A model generated the notes under the pieces. That model was not told where the DNA came from. It searched no databases and saw nothing but the letters and a program-made list of their open reading frames with translations. Below are positions 20,260-29,980 of a DNA stretch of 32,000 nucleotides, one piece after another. A program made the position numbers and the translations under genes. Each line of letters starts with the position of its first letter. Position 1 is the stretch's first letter. This DNA comes from Halorhodospira halophila SL1 (GTDB lineage: Bacteria > Pseudomonadota > Gammaproteobacteria > Nitrococcales > Halorhodospiraceae), in NCBI RefSeq assembly GCF_000015585.1, contig NC_008789.1, positions 1,830,001 to 1,862,000 of the forward strand, in the 5' to 3' direction.

Positions 20260-21231
20260 TCAGGCGAGTCCCCGCTCCGCCAGCCAGGCTTCATTGAAGA
20301 GTCTCGAGTAATAGCGGCCCCCTCCATCGCAGAGGATCGTCACCACCGTGTGCCCGGGCCCCAATTCCTCGGCGGCACGCACGGCCCCGCACACATTGAC
20401 CCCCGAAGAACTGCCCAGGAATAGCCCCTCTTCCCTCAGGAGCCGGTAGACCATCGGCACCGATTCGGCGTCCGATATGCAAAACGCGTCATCGATGTCC
20501 GTACCCTGAAGATTAGCTGTTACACGGCTGCTGCCAATCCCTTCGGTGATGGAATTGCCCGCAGTGGGCGCCGGCTCGCCATCGCGCACGAAGTTATAGA
20601 GGGCGCTGCCCGAAGGGTCGGCCAGGTAGATGCGGGTATCCGGGGAGCGCTCCTTGAGCGCCCGAGAGACCCCGGCCAGCGTGCCGCCCGTGCCGGTGGC
20701 GGCAACGAACGCGTCGACCCGACCGCCGGTCTGCGCCCAGACCTCCGGCCCAGTGGTGCGGTAGTGGCCAAGGCGGTTGGCGGTGTTATCGAACTGGTTG
20801 GCCCAGACCGCGTTGTCCATCTCCGCCGCCATGCGGCCGGCCACCTTCTGGTAGTTCCCCGGGTCGCGGTAGGGCGCGGCAGGAACCGCATGGACCTCGG
20901 CACCGAGGGTGCGGAGCAGGTCGATCTTCTCCTGGCTCTGGGTCTCCGGGATCACAATCACGCAGCGGTAGCCGCGCGCATTACAGATATGGGCCAACCC
21001 GATGCCGGTGTTGCCGGCGGTGCCCTCCACCACCGTTCCACCAGGACGCAGCTCGCCACTGCGTTCCGCGGCCTGGACGATGGCCAGCGCGGCCCGATCC
21101 TTCACAGACCCGCCGGGGTTCATGAACTCGGCCTTGCCGAGGATCTCGCAGCCGGTCTCCTCGCTCAGCCGCGGCAGGCGAATCAGCGGCGTGTTCCCGA
21201 TCGCGCCGACGAATCCATCGCAGATCGACAT
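20260..21231 (-). CDS. PLP-dependent cysteine synthase / cystathionine beta-synthase family enzyme
   Basis: IGNTPLIRL, the PLP-lysine motif [21 protein letters not shown] and GTGGTLAG are all present. I chose the ATG at 21231 (GGGAG Shine-Dalgarno 6 nt upstream). The ATG at 21255 is an alternative. Substrate specificity (CysK, CysM or CBS-like) cannot be read from the sequence by eye. Confidence 0.85.
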   Translation of the reverse strand: MSICDGFVGAIGNTPLIRLPRLSEETGCEILGKAEFMNPGGSVKDRAALAIVQAAERSGELRPGGTVVEGTAGNTGIGLAHICNARGYRCVIVIPETQSQEKIDLLRTLGAEVHAVPAAPYRDPGNYQKVAGRMAAEMDNAVWANQFDNTANRLGHYRTTGPEVWAQTGGRVDAFVAATGTGGTLAGVSRALKERSPDTRIYLADPSGSALYNFVRDGEPAPTAGNSITEGIGSSRVTANLQGTDIDDAFCISDAESVPMVYRLLREEGLFLGSSSGVNVCGAVRAAEELGPGHTVVTILCDGGGRYYSRLFNEAWLAERGLA

Positions 21232-21379
21232 GCTCGACTCCCGCTTGCTTGACATAGCCCAATCCCCAGGGCGCGAGAAGACAGCATAGCGCGGAGTCGT
21301 CTCGGAAATCAGCGGGAGGTTGGCAAGGAAGTCTCGCGGCTAGCCCCCGGGGGGCGCATGCCCCCGGAGGCGCCTGAGC

Positions 21380-22342
21380 TTAAGGGCGTTCGCCAGGGGG
21401 AATCACCGACTCGTGATCCTCCTGGTCCTGCCCCTCCTTCTCAGGCGGCATAAGGTCCTGCTTGCTCACGCCCATGGCCAGCGAGGAGGCGCTGGCGACG
21501 AAGATCGACGAGTAGGTACCCACCAGTACGCCAACCAGCAGGGCCATGGCGAACCCGTGGATGATCTCGCCGCCGAGGAATAGCAGTGATCCGACCACCA
21601 GCAGCGTGGTCAAGGAGGTCACCAGGGTCCGGGAAAGGGTCTGGTTGATGGCCAGGTTCATGACGTACTCGGTGGTGCCCTTCCGGACCTTGAGGAAGTT
21701 CTCACGGATCCGGTCGGAAATGACAATGGTGTCGTTCAGCGAGTAGCCGATGGTCGCCAGCAACGCCGCCAGCACGGTGAGATCGAAGGTCAGCCGGGTG
21801 AGCGAGAAGAACCCGAGGATCAGCACGATATCGTGGACCAGCGCCGCCACCGCACCGAGGGCGAAGCGGTACTCGAAGCGGAAGGCCACGTAGACCAGCA
21901 CCCCGCCCAGGGCGTAGAGCAGCGCCAGCAGACCCTGTTCGGTGAGCTCGCGACCGATCTGCGGGCCGACGAACTCGACCCGCCGGAGGTCGACGCCGTC
22001 GTGGGCCTCGCGCAGCTTGGCGAGGACCTCTTCGGAGATCGCGGCCTGTTCCACGCCCTCCATGGGCGGGATACGGACCATGATCTCCCGCGGCGAGCCG
22101 AAGTGCAGGACCTGGGCGTCGGCGTAATCGGTGCCCTGCAGCGCCGCCTCGACCTCGGCGACCTCCACGGACTCCTCGTAGCCGACCTCGACCAGGGTCC
22201 CGCCGGTGAAGTCGATGCCCAGGTTGAGGCCCTGCCAGAGCAGGGAGCCGATGGAGAGCACCAGCAGCACCGCCGAGAGCCCGAAGCCGATGCGGCGCCG
22301 GCCGAGGAAGTCGATATTGGGATCGTTCTTGAAGATCTCCAT
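21380..22342 (-). CDS. secF: Protein translocase subunit SecF
   Basis: MEIFKNDPNIDFLGRRR, GIDFTGGT and the six-TM SecD/F core are present. It starts 2 nt after the secD stop. Confidence 0.95.
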   Translation of the reverse strand: MEIFKNDPNIDFLGRRRIGFGLSAVLLVLSIGSLLWQGLNLGIDFTGGTLVEVGYEESVEVAEVEAALQGTDYADAQVLHFGSPREIMVRIPPMEGVEQAAISEEVLAKLREAHDGVDLRRVEFVGPQIGRELTEQGLLALLYALGGVLVYVAFRFEYRFALGAVAALVHDIVLILGFFSLTRLTFDLTVLAALLATIGYSLNDTIVISDRIRENFLKVRKGTTEYVMNLAINQTLSRTLVTSLTTLLVVGSLLFLGGEIIHGFAMALLVGVLVGTYSSIFVASASSLAMGVSKQDLMPPEKEGQDQEDHESVIPPGERP

Positions 22343-22344
22343 GG

Positions 22345-24201
22345 CTAGATCTTGAGCTCCGAGACCTTGCGCCCGCCGTAGATCAGGTTGATCACGGCCC
22401 GCGTGCCGACAATGGCGGTGAACATCGACGTGGCCAGACCGATGGCCAGCGTCACGGCGAAGCCCTGGACCGGTCCGGTGCCAAAGAGGAACAGCACCAG
22501 GGCGGCGATCAGCGTGGTGACATTGGCGTCGGCGATGGTCGACAGCGCCTTGCCGTAGCCGGCATCGATGGCGGTCTGGATCGGCGCACCGGCCTTCAGC
22601 TCCTCGCGGATGCGCTGGAAGATGAGCACGTTGGCGTCCACCGCCATCCCCACGGTCAGCACGATCCCGGCGATGCCCGGCAGCGTCAGGGTCGCCTGCA
22701 GCATGGAGAGCACGGCGACGATGATCACCAGATTGCTGAGCAGCGCCAGGTTAGCCACCAGACCGAAGGTGCGGTAGTAGAGCGCCATGAAGGCGATCAC
22801 CAGCAGGAATCCGATCACCACCGCCATGAAGCCCCGCTCGACGTTCTCGGCACCCAGGCTCGGCCCGATGGTGCGTTCCTCGACGATGTCGATGGGCGCG
22901 GCCAGGGCACCGGCGCGCAGCAGCAGGGCCAGGTTACTGGCCTCCTGGCTGGAATCGAGCCCGGTGATGCGGAAGCGACTACCCAGCCCCTCGCGGATCC
23001 GCGCGACCGAGATGACCTCCTCAAGCTCGCGGATCACCCGCTCCGGCTCGCCGTCGACCATCTGCGTCTCGGAGATCCGCTCCTGGAAGAGCACCGCCAT
23101 ATGGTCGCCGACCCGGTCCCGGGTGGCCCGGTTCATGATGCGCCCGCCGGTTCCGGACAGTCGGATGTTCACCTCGGGCGAACCACTCTCCTGATCGAAC
23201 CCGGAGGAGGCATCGATGATGCGATCGCCGGAGAGGATGCGCTGGCGCTCGAGCGCGACATAGCCGCCATCGCGCTGAGGGAAGACCTCGGAGCCTTCCG
23301 GCGGATCGTCCGGATCGCCGGTGAAGGGGAAGTTGGCGTGATCGACAAACCGAAACTCCAGGGTCGCTGTGGCGCCGAGGATCTCCTTGGCCTGCCCGGG
23401 GTCCTGAATACCGGGCAGCTGGACCACGATGCGATCCGCGCCCTGGCGCTGAATCACCGGCTCGGCGACACCCAGCTCGTCCACGCGGTTGCGGAGCGTG
23501 GTGATGTTCTGCTGGACCGCCAGGTCCTTCATCTCCTGAAGCTCCTCCTCGTCCATGGAGGCGATCAGGGTGTAGGTGTCTTCGTCCTCTTCCTCGCTGT
23601 AGTTCAGGCCCTCGATATGCTCCTCGAGCGCCTCCAGGGCCCGCGCGCGCAGGTCCGTGTCGGCAAACGCCATGCGGATCTGCTGCTCGTCGGTCACCTC
23701 CAGCGCCGAGAAGCGAATCCGCTCCTCCCGGAACAGCGTCCGGATATCCTGCTGGTGCCCCTCCATGGTCTCGCCGACCATGGCGTCGATATCGACCTGA
23801 AGCAGGAAGTGCACGCCGCCGCGCAGATCAAGGCCGAGGAACATGGGTTCCGCCCCCATGGCGCGCAGCCACTGCGGGGTCGCCGGCACCAGCGTCATGG
23901 CCACGGAGTACTCTCGGTCGAGCTTGGCCGAGATCAGGTCCGAGGCCCGCATCTGCTCGTCGGTGGAGCCGTAGCGAAGCACCCACTGCCCCTCCAGTAC
24001 CTCGGCGGAGAGCGGCTTGTAGCCCTCTTCCTCGAGGAAGCCGAGGACGTCGGACTGGACTTCCTCGCTCGGTACCTCGTCGTCGCCGGTGGTGATCACC
24101 ACCGAGGGATCCTCACCGAAGAGGTTGGGCAGCGCGAAGAGGCCGCCGACCACCAGGACGGCGACCACCAGCAGGTATTTCCAGAGCGGATAGCGATTCA
24201 A
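22345..24201 (-). CDS. secD: Protein translocase subunit SecD
   Basis: (M)NRYPLWKYLLVVAVLVVGGLFALPNLFG matches the E. coli SecD N-terminus. There is a large periplasmic P1 domain and a C-terminal six-TM bundle. The TTG start at 24201 lies 3 nt after the yajC stop. Confidence 0.95.
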   Translation of the reverse strand: MNRYPLWKYLLVVAVLVVGGLFALPNLFGEDPSVVITTGDDEVPSEEVQSDVLGFLEEEGYKPLSAEVLEGQWVLRYGSTDEQMRASDLISAKLDREYSVAMTLVPATPQWLRAMGAEPMFLGLDLRGGVHFLLQVDIDAMVGETMEGHQQDIRTLFREERIRFSALEVTDEQQIRMAFADTDLRARALEALEEHIEGLNYSEEEDEDTYTLIASMDEEELQEMKDLAVQQNITTLRNRVDELGVAEPVIQRQGADRIVVQLPGIQDPGQAKEILGATATLEFRFVDHANFPFTGDPDDPPEGSEVFPQRDGGYVALERQRILSGDRIIDASSGFDQESGSPEVNIRLSGTGGRIMNRATRDRVGDHMAVLFQERISETQMVDGEPERVIRELEEVISVARIREGLGSRFRITGLDSSQEASNLALLLRAGALAAPIDIVEERTIGPSLGAENVERGFMAVVIGFLLVIAFMALYYRTFGLVANLALLSNLVIIVAVLSMLQATLTLPGIAGIVLTVGMAVDANVLIFQRIREELKAGAPIQTAIDAGYGKALSTIADANVTTLIAALVLFLFGTGPVQGFAVTLAIGLATSMFTAIVGTRAVINLIYGGRKVSELKI

Positions 24202-24204
24202 GAG

Positions 24205-24549
24205 CTACTTGCCCTTTTTGTCCTGTTCCTTGAGGGTGCCCTTGGGCATGACGCTGGCCACGGCGTTCTTCTGGATCTGCAGTTGCACGCCGTTGGCCAC
24301 CTCGATGGTGGCGAAGGTGTCGCCCACCTCGGTGATGCGCCCCAGGGTCCCGCCGTTGGTGACCACCTCGTCGCCCTTGGAGAGCTCCTCGACCATCTGC
24401 CGATGCTCCTTGGCCCGCTTGGTCTGGGGGCGGATCAGCAGGAAGTAGAACAGGGCGATCATGCCCACCAGCAGGATGATGCTGAACCAGACGTTGGGCT
24501 CCTCCGGCTGCTGCTGCTGAGCCTGCGCGGCGGAAATCAGAAAATCCAT
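24205..24549 (-). CDS. yajC: Preprotein translocase subunit YajC (copy 2, secD-proximal)
   Basis: MDFLISAAQAQ...FYFLLIRPQTKRAKEHRQMVEELSKGDEVVTNGGTLGRI...VMPKGTL parallels E. coli YajC (MSFFIS...FYFMILRPQQKRTKEHKKLMDSIAKGDEVLTNGGLVGRV...VLPKGTM). The ATG at 24549 has a GGAG 6 nt upstream. The track ORF starts at the GTG at 24570. Confidence 0.9.
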   Translation of the reverse strand: MDFLISAAQAQQQQPEEPNVWFSIILLVGMIALFYFLLIRPQTKRAKEHRQMVEELSKGDEVVTNGGTLGRITEVGDTFATIEVANGVQLQIQKNAVASVMPKGTLKEQDKKGK

Positions 24550-24566
24550 AACGCTCTCCATGGTGT

Positions 24567-24938
24567 TCACTCAGTGGATTCGGTCGGAGCGTGGCCCTTG
24601 CCGCCGCGGGCCTCGTCCAAGGTCCCCTTGGGCAGGACGTGGCCGATCATGTCGCGCTTGACGCTCCACTCGACGCCTTTGGCCACCTCGACGCGCACGA
24701 ACTGCTCACCCAGGCGCGTGATACGGCCCAGCTCGCCCCCGCTGGTCACGACCTCGTCGCCCTCGGCAAGACCCTCGACCATCTGCTGGTGCTGCTTCAT
24801 GCGCTGGCGCTGCGGCCGGATCAGCAGGAAGTAGAAGACCGCCACCAACAGGACGGTGAAGATCAGAAAGAACAGCATATCGCCCCCACCGCCTGCTTGC
24901 TGGGCGTGGGCGGGCGAGATGAAGAAGTCCATCAGCAT
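24567..24938 (-). CDS. yajC: Preprotein translocase subunit YajC (copy 1, tgt-proximal paralogue)
   Basis: MLMDFFISPAHAQ...FYFLLIRPQRQRMKQHQQMVEGLAEGDEVVTSGGELGRI...VLPKGTL has the same YajC architecture (single TM plus a conserved cytoplasmic domain). AAGGGGGA Shine-Dalgarno lies 8 nt upstream of the ATG at 24938. Confidence 0.88.
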   Translation of the reverse strand: MLMDFFISPAHAQQAGGGGDMLFFLIFTVLLVAVFYFLLIRPQRQRMKQHQQMVEGLAEGDEVVTSGGELGRITRLGEQFVRVEVAKGVEWSVKRDMIGHVLPKGTLDEARGGKGHAPTESTE

Positions 24939-25015
24939 GCGCGCATTCCCCCTTCAGAATCTGTCGGTTAGCGCATTGACACCGCCCTCCGGCGGCCCGG
25001 ATGCGGCGTATTATG

Positions 25016-26883
<1,868 letters not shown>

Positions 26884-26966
26884 GAAGAACTCCTCGATAC
26901 AGCTGTCTGTCTGCGTGCCGCTTGGCGCGACACACCCGTAACCAGGCACCGCTCACCCCCGAGGTA

Positions 26967-27626
26967 TCAGCCTCGCCCCTGGCGCTCCAACCAAGCCACC
27001 CGCTGCCGAAACCGCTCGCGCCACGCCGCCGCCAGCTCCGGCATCTCTGCGGCCAGCGCCATGCGCTGGCGATCCGCCCGGGGCTCGCGGTGCAGCCCCC
27101 AGAGTTCGTCGATGGTCAGGCGCTGCGGATGCACGGAGCAGCGCTCCAGCGTAGCCCCCGGCTCCACCGTACCGGGCTCGATGACCCGATAGAGCCAACC
27201 GGTGCGCCCGGTCTCGACCATCGCCCGCGCCATGCCTTCGACATCGAAACGGCGGTCCACCTTCCAGCAGGGCAGACGCGGCTGGGCCACCTCGATCAGC
27301 GCTGCCCCGAGACGAAACCGATCCCCCACCGCGACCCCGGTCTCCAGCCACCCTTCGGTGGAAAGGTTCTCGCCGAACGCCCCGGGAACGAAACGGCCCG
27401 CCGCGACCGGGAACTGGTGTGCCCACCCGGGCAGGTGCTCGGCCGGATAGTGGTTCACCGCCCGCTCGGGCCCACCGTGGACCCGCCGATCGGCGTGGTG
27501 GTCCCCGTCCAGCCCCTCTGGACCCAGCCAGCAGGGCGCCTGGACCTCCTGTTTGTAGAAGCCGGTAGGGTGGCGGTCCGGCGGGAGCTCCCCGGGGCCA
27601 CCAACCAAGATCCGCGGCGGTGTCAC
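26967..27626 (-). CDS. yiiM: MOSC domain protein (YiiM-like, with a C-terminal helical 3-alpha-type tail)
   Basis: GDHHADRRVHGGPERAVNHYP, GAFGENLSTEG, GDRFRLGAALIEVAQPRLPCWKV and TGRTGWLYRVIEPG match the MOSC beta-barrel with its conserved Cys. The GTG start at 27626 overlaps the upstream gene's TGA (GTGA). Confidence 0.85.
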   Translation of the reverse strand: MTPPRILVGGPGELPPDRHPTGFYKQEVQAPCWLGPEGLDGDHHADRRVHGGPERAVNHYPAEHLPGWAHQFPVAAGRFVPGAFGENLSTEGWLETGVAVGDRFRLGAALIEVAQPRLPCWKVDRRFDVEGMARAMVETGRTGWLYRVIEPGTVEPGATLERCSVHPQRLTIDELWGLHREPRADRQRMALAAEMPELAAAWRERFRQRVAWLERQGRG

Positions 27627-28495
27627 GATGCGCCCCCTTCGCGGTAGACCCGATCCAGGGCCACCCAGAGGGCCGCAAGGGCCAGGATATCGTCGCTGTT
27701 ATGGCGCACCACCGCCGGCAGTTGCCGGGGGTCGCCCCGCTGAAGGAAATCGAGCCAGGCCGCCGGCGCCTCGGCACCAGGCAGATCGTCGAGCCGCTCG
27801 CGCCCAAGGAGCCGTCGTTCGGCCGTGGTCAGCCGGCAGTTGGGCCAGTGCCGACGAAAGACCCGCCGTGTCGGATGGAGCAGATCGAGATGCATCCGGC
27901 CCTGCAGCCCGAGGTCGACCCCGTGGAGCCGGGCCCGGCTCTGGAGCAACGGGATGTCGAACGACTTGCCGTTGTAGGTGACAAGCCCATCCGTCCCCCC
28001 CAGCAGTTCGCTCAGTCGCTCCAGCATGGCCGGCTCGCCGCTGAAGCCGGTCAGCAGCCAGTGCCGAACTCTCAGGTCCGAGCCCGCCAGGCAACCGACC
28101 CCGAGCAGAAACACCACGGTGCCGGTCCCGCCGGCCAACCCGGTGGTCTCGGTATCCAGCCACAATGCCCGCTGGGGATCCAGCTCGGCGCCCTCGGGCA
28201 TCCCCTGCAGCGCTCCTCGCAGCGGAGCCAGGGACTGCCGGCCGTAGGCCGTATCCAGCCCCACCACACGCTCGACCTCAATGAGCCCGGGCGCCAGGAC
28301 CGAGCCACCGACCTGCTCGGCCACGGCCTGGTCGTCGGGGCGCTGACTGCGGGGCCGCCACGCCGCGCGCCGCTGGCGCGTCTCGATACGCGCCAGGCGC
28401 TCACGCACACCCGGCGTTGCCGACTCAGACACCGCAGCCACCGCCCGGCCGCCAGCCTGGGCGCGCAGCCGATCGATCCGCTTGGACAGGCTCAC
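27623..28495 (-). CDS. RNase H-fold 3'-5' exonuclease-like protein (YprB/COG3359-like)
   Basis: DEDD-type motifs are present: LWLDTETTGL (Exo I), LVTYNGKSFDIPLL (Exo II), HLDLLHPTRR and VRHNSDDILAL (Exo III-like). An arginine-rich N-terminal region of about 100 aa has no recognisable domain. The start is a GTG at 28495. Confidence 0.7.
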   Translation of the reverse strand: MSLSKRIDRLRAQAGGRAVAAVSESATPGVRERLARIETRQRRAAWRPRSQRPDDQAVAEQVGGSVLAPGLIEVERVVGLDTAYGRQSLAPLRGALQGMPEGAELDPQRALWLDTETTGLAGGTGTVVFLLGVGCLAGSDLRVRHWLLTGFSGEPAMLERLSELLGGTDGLVTYNGKSFDIPLLQSRARLHGVDLGLQGRMHLDLLHPTRRVFRRHWPNCRLTTAERRLLGRERLDDLPGAEAPAAWLDFLQRGDPRQLPAVVRHNSDDILALAALWVALDRVYREGGAS

Positions 28496-28513
28496 CGCCT
28501 CGTTGCCCTCCGT

Positions 28514-29335
28514 TCAGCGCAGCCGTTCCAGACCGCTCTCCAGCGAGGCGCTGGAAACCTGGCCGGTGTGGGAATCCACCAATTGGCCCTGCTCATCATA
28601 GAAAAAGGTGGCCGGAAGGCCGCGGGTACCGGTGGCGTCGCTCCAGCGCTGATGGGGATCCATCAGGATATTGTCCAGCGACGGCGCATGCTCCTCCAGA
28701 TACCCCTGGACCTGCCCGGCGTCCTCACCCTGGTTGACGAAGACGAACTTGACCCCGTCCTCGCGCTCCTGCGCCTGCTCGAAGACCGGCTTCTCCTGCT
28801 GGCACGCCGGACACCAGGTCGCCCACAGGTTGACCACCACCGGCTTCCCGGTCTCCTCAATCAAGGCGGGCAGATCCGTATGCTCGCCTTCGAGGGTGCT
28901 CACCGCCACGTCCGGCACGGAACGGGACTGCTGGTCGATGACCAGCAGCGGGCCCGCCGTCACCCCCCAGACGATGCCGCCGGCCACCACCGCCGTGACC
29001 AGGGCGCGGCGCTGCTGCGGCGACCGCCAGAACCGCCAGGCCAGGTAGGCCAGGCCGGCCACGACGCCGCCGACAGGGTCGAACCCGCCATCGCGGATAT
29101 CCACCACCCCCCACAGGCTTTCGAAGCTCTCCCAGTAGTGGAACACGAACAGCACCCGCGCCCCCACCAGACCCACCAGCACCAGGCTGAACAGGCTGTC
29201 ACTAACGCTCACACCGCTGCGCCGGGCAGCCAGGCCACCGGCGATCAGGGCGACCACCAGCGCCAGGATGAGCAGGATCTGGCCAATGGAGAGCACCAAA
29301 GGCCCCAAGGCGACGGTCTGATTCAAGGCACTCAT
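28514..29335 (-). CDS. Membrane-anchored TlpA/ResA-family thiol:disulfide oxidoreductase with an Lgt-N-terminal-like four-TM domain
   Basis: The C-terminal thioredoxin fold carries a WCPAC active site ([17 protein letters not shown]...[11 protein letters not shown]). The N-terminal roughly 130 aa contain four hydrophobic segments that resemble the first TMs of Lgt (see findings). The ATG at 29335 overlaps the chaC TGA (ATGA). Confidence 0.82.
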   Translation of the reverse strand: [273 protein letters not shown]

Positions 29336-29922
29336 GGGCTGACAACTCCGGTTGAACGGGGGAAGAGATCCTCCATGGCCTCCTCCAGGGCGAAAACGTG
29401 CGGGTCCTCCTCGCCCAGGGCTCGCAGCGCGCGCGCCAGCTCCAGGAGGTAGTCCCGGTTGGAGCCGCTGGGGCCGCTGCAGCTGACAATCTGCCGGGCC
29501 ATATCCGGGATCGGTGCAGGACCGAGGAACGCGGGGTTCTCCTCCGTGGCAATGTAGACCAGCCCCCGATCCTCACCGCCATCCAGAAACCGCAGCGGCG
29601 TGGTGAAACGGAGATAACCGTTCTTCTCGCGCAGATCCAGGGGTCCCAGCGCTTCAGGCCGAATCCGATAGGCCATGCCGACACAGCGCACGCTGGGATC
29701 CTCGATCAGCGTGGCCACGCGCCCCGGCGCCTGCGGCGTACCCCGGTGATCGTGGGAGCCCTGCCAGAAACGGCGCTTCCAGCCGTGAATCACCGCCGGG
29801 CGACACGCCAGATAGGGGAAATCGGCTTTGTAGATCAGGGAGCCGTAACCGAACAGCCAGAAGCTGTCCTGGCCCGGAAACGGCCGGTGCTGTCGGTTGA
29901 TCGCCGTGGTGTCCGCAACCAT
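29332..29922 (-). CDS. chaC: Glutathione-specific gamma-glutamylcyclotransferase (ChaC family)
   Basis: FWLFGYGSLIYKADF (the YGSL motif), GWKRRFWQGSHDHRGTPQAPGRVATL, REKNGY and GSNRDYL parallel E. coli ChaC. I chose the ATG at 29922. The track ORF starts at a TTG at 29964. Confidence 0.85.
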   Translation of the reverse strand: MVADTTAINRQHRPFPGQDSFWLFGYGSLIYKADFPYLACRPAVIHGWKRRFWQGSHDHRGTPQAPGRVATLIEDPSVRCVGMAYRIRPEALGPLDLREKNGYLRFTTPLRFLDGGEDRGLVYIATEENPAFLGPAPIPDMARQIVSCSGPSGSNRDYLLELARALRALGEEDPHVFALEEAMEDLFPRSTGVVSP

Positions 29923-29980
29923 GAGTCCGAGGATACCAGACCCTCCAGCCCATGCTCTCCCCAAACGGGCTGATCTAGCC

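Noticed and set aside
21344-21375. GC hairpin GGGGGC-GCAT-GCCCCC just downstream of secF
   Set aside because: It has only a 6-bp stem and no U-tract on the minus strand. It may stabilise the mRNA 3' end but cannot be called a terminator with confidence.
23101-24834. 577-aa plus-strand ORF
   Set aside because: It is antisense to secD and both yajC genes, and the translation has no family resemblance. It is a GC-driven shadow ORF.
27620-29452. 610-aa plus-strand ORF
   Set aside because: It is antisense to the exonuclease and TlpA-fusion genes. The translation is Pro/Arg/Gln/His-rich and low-complexity. The minus-strand products have clear catalytic motifs.
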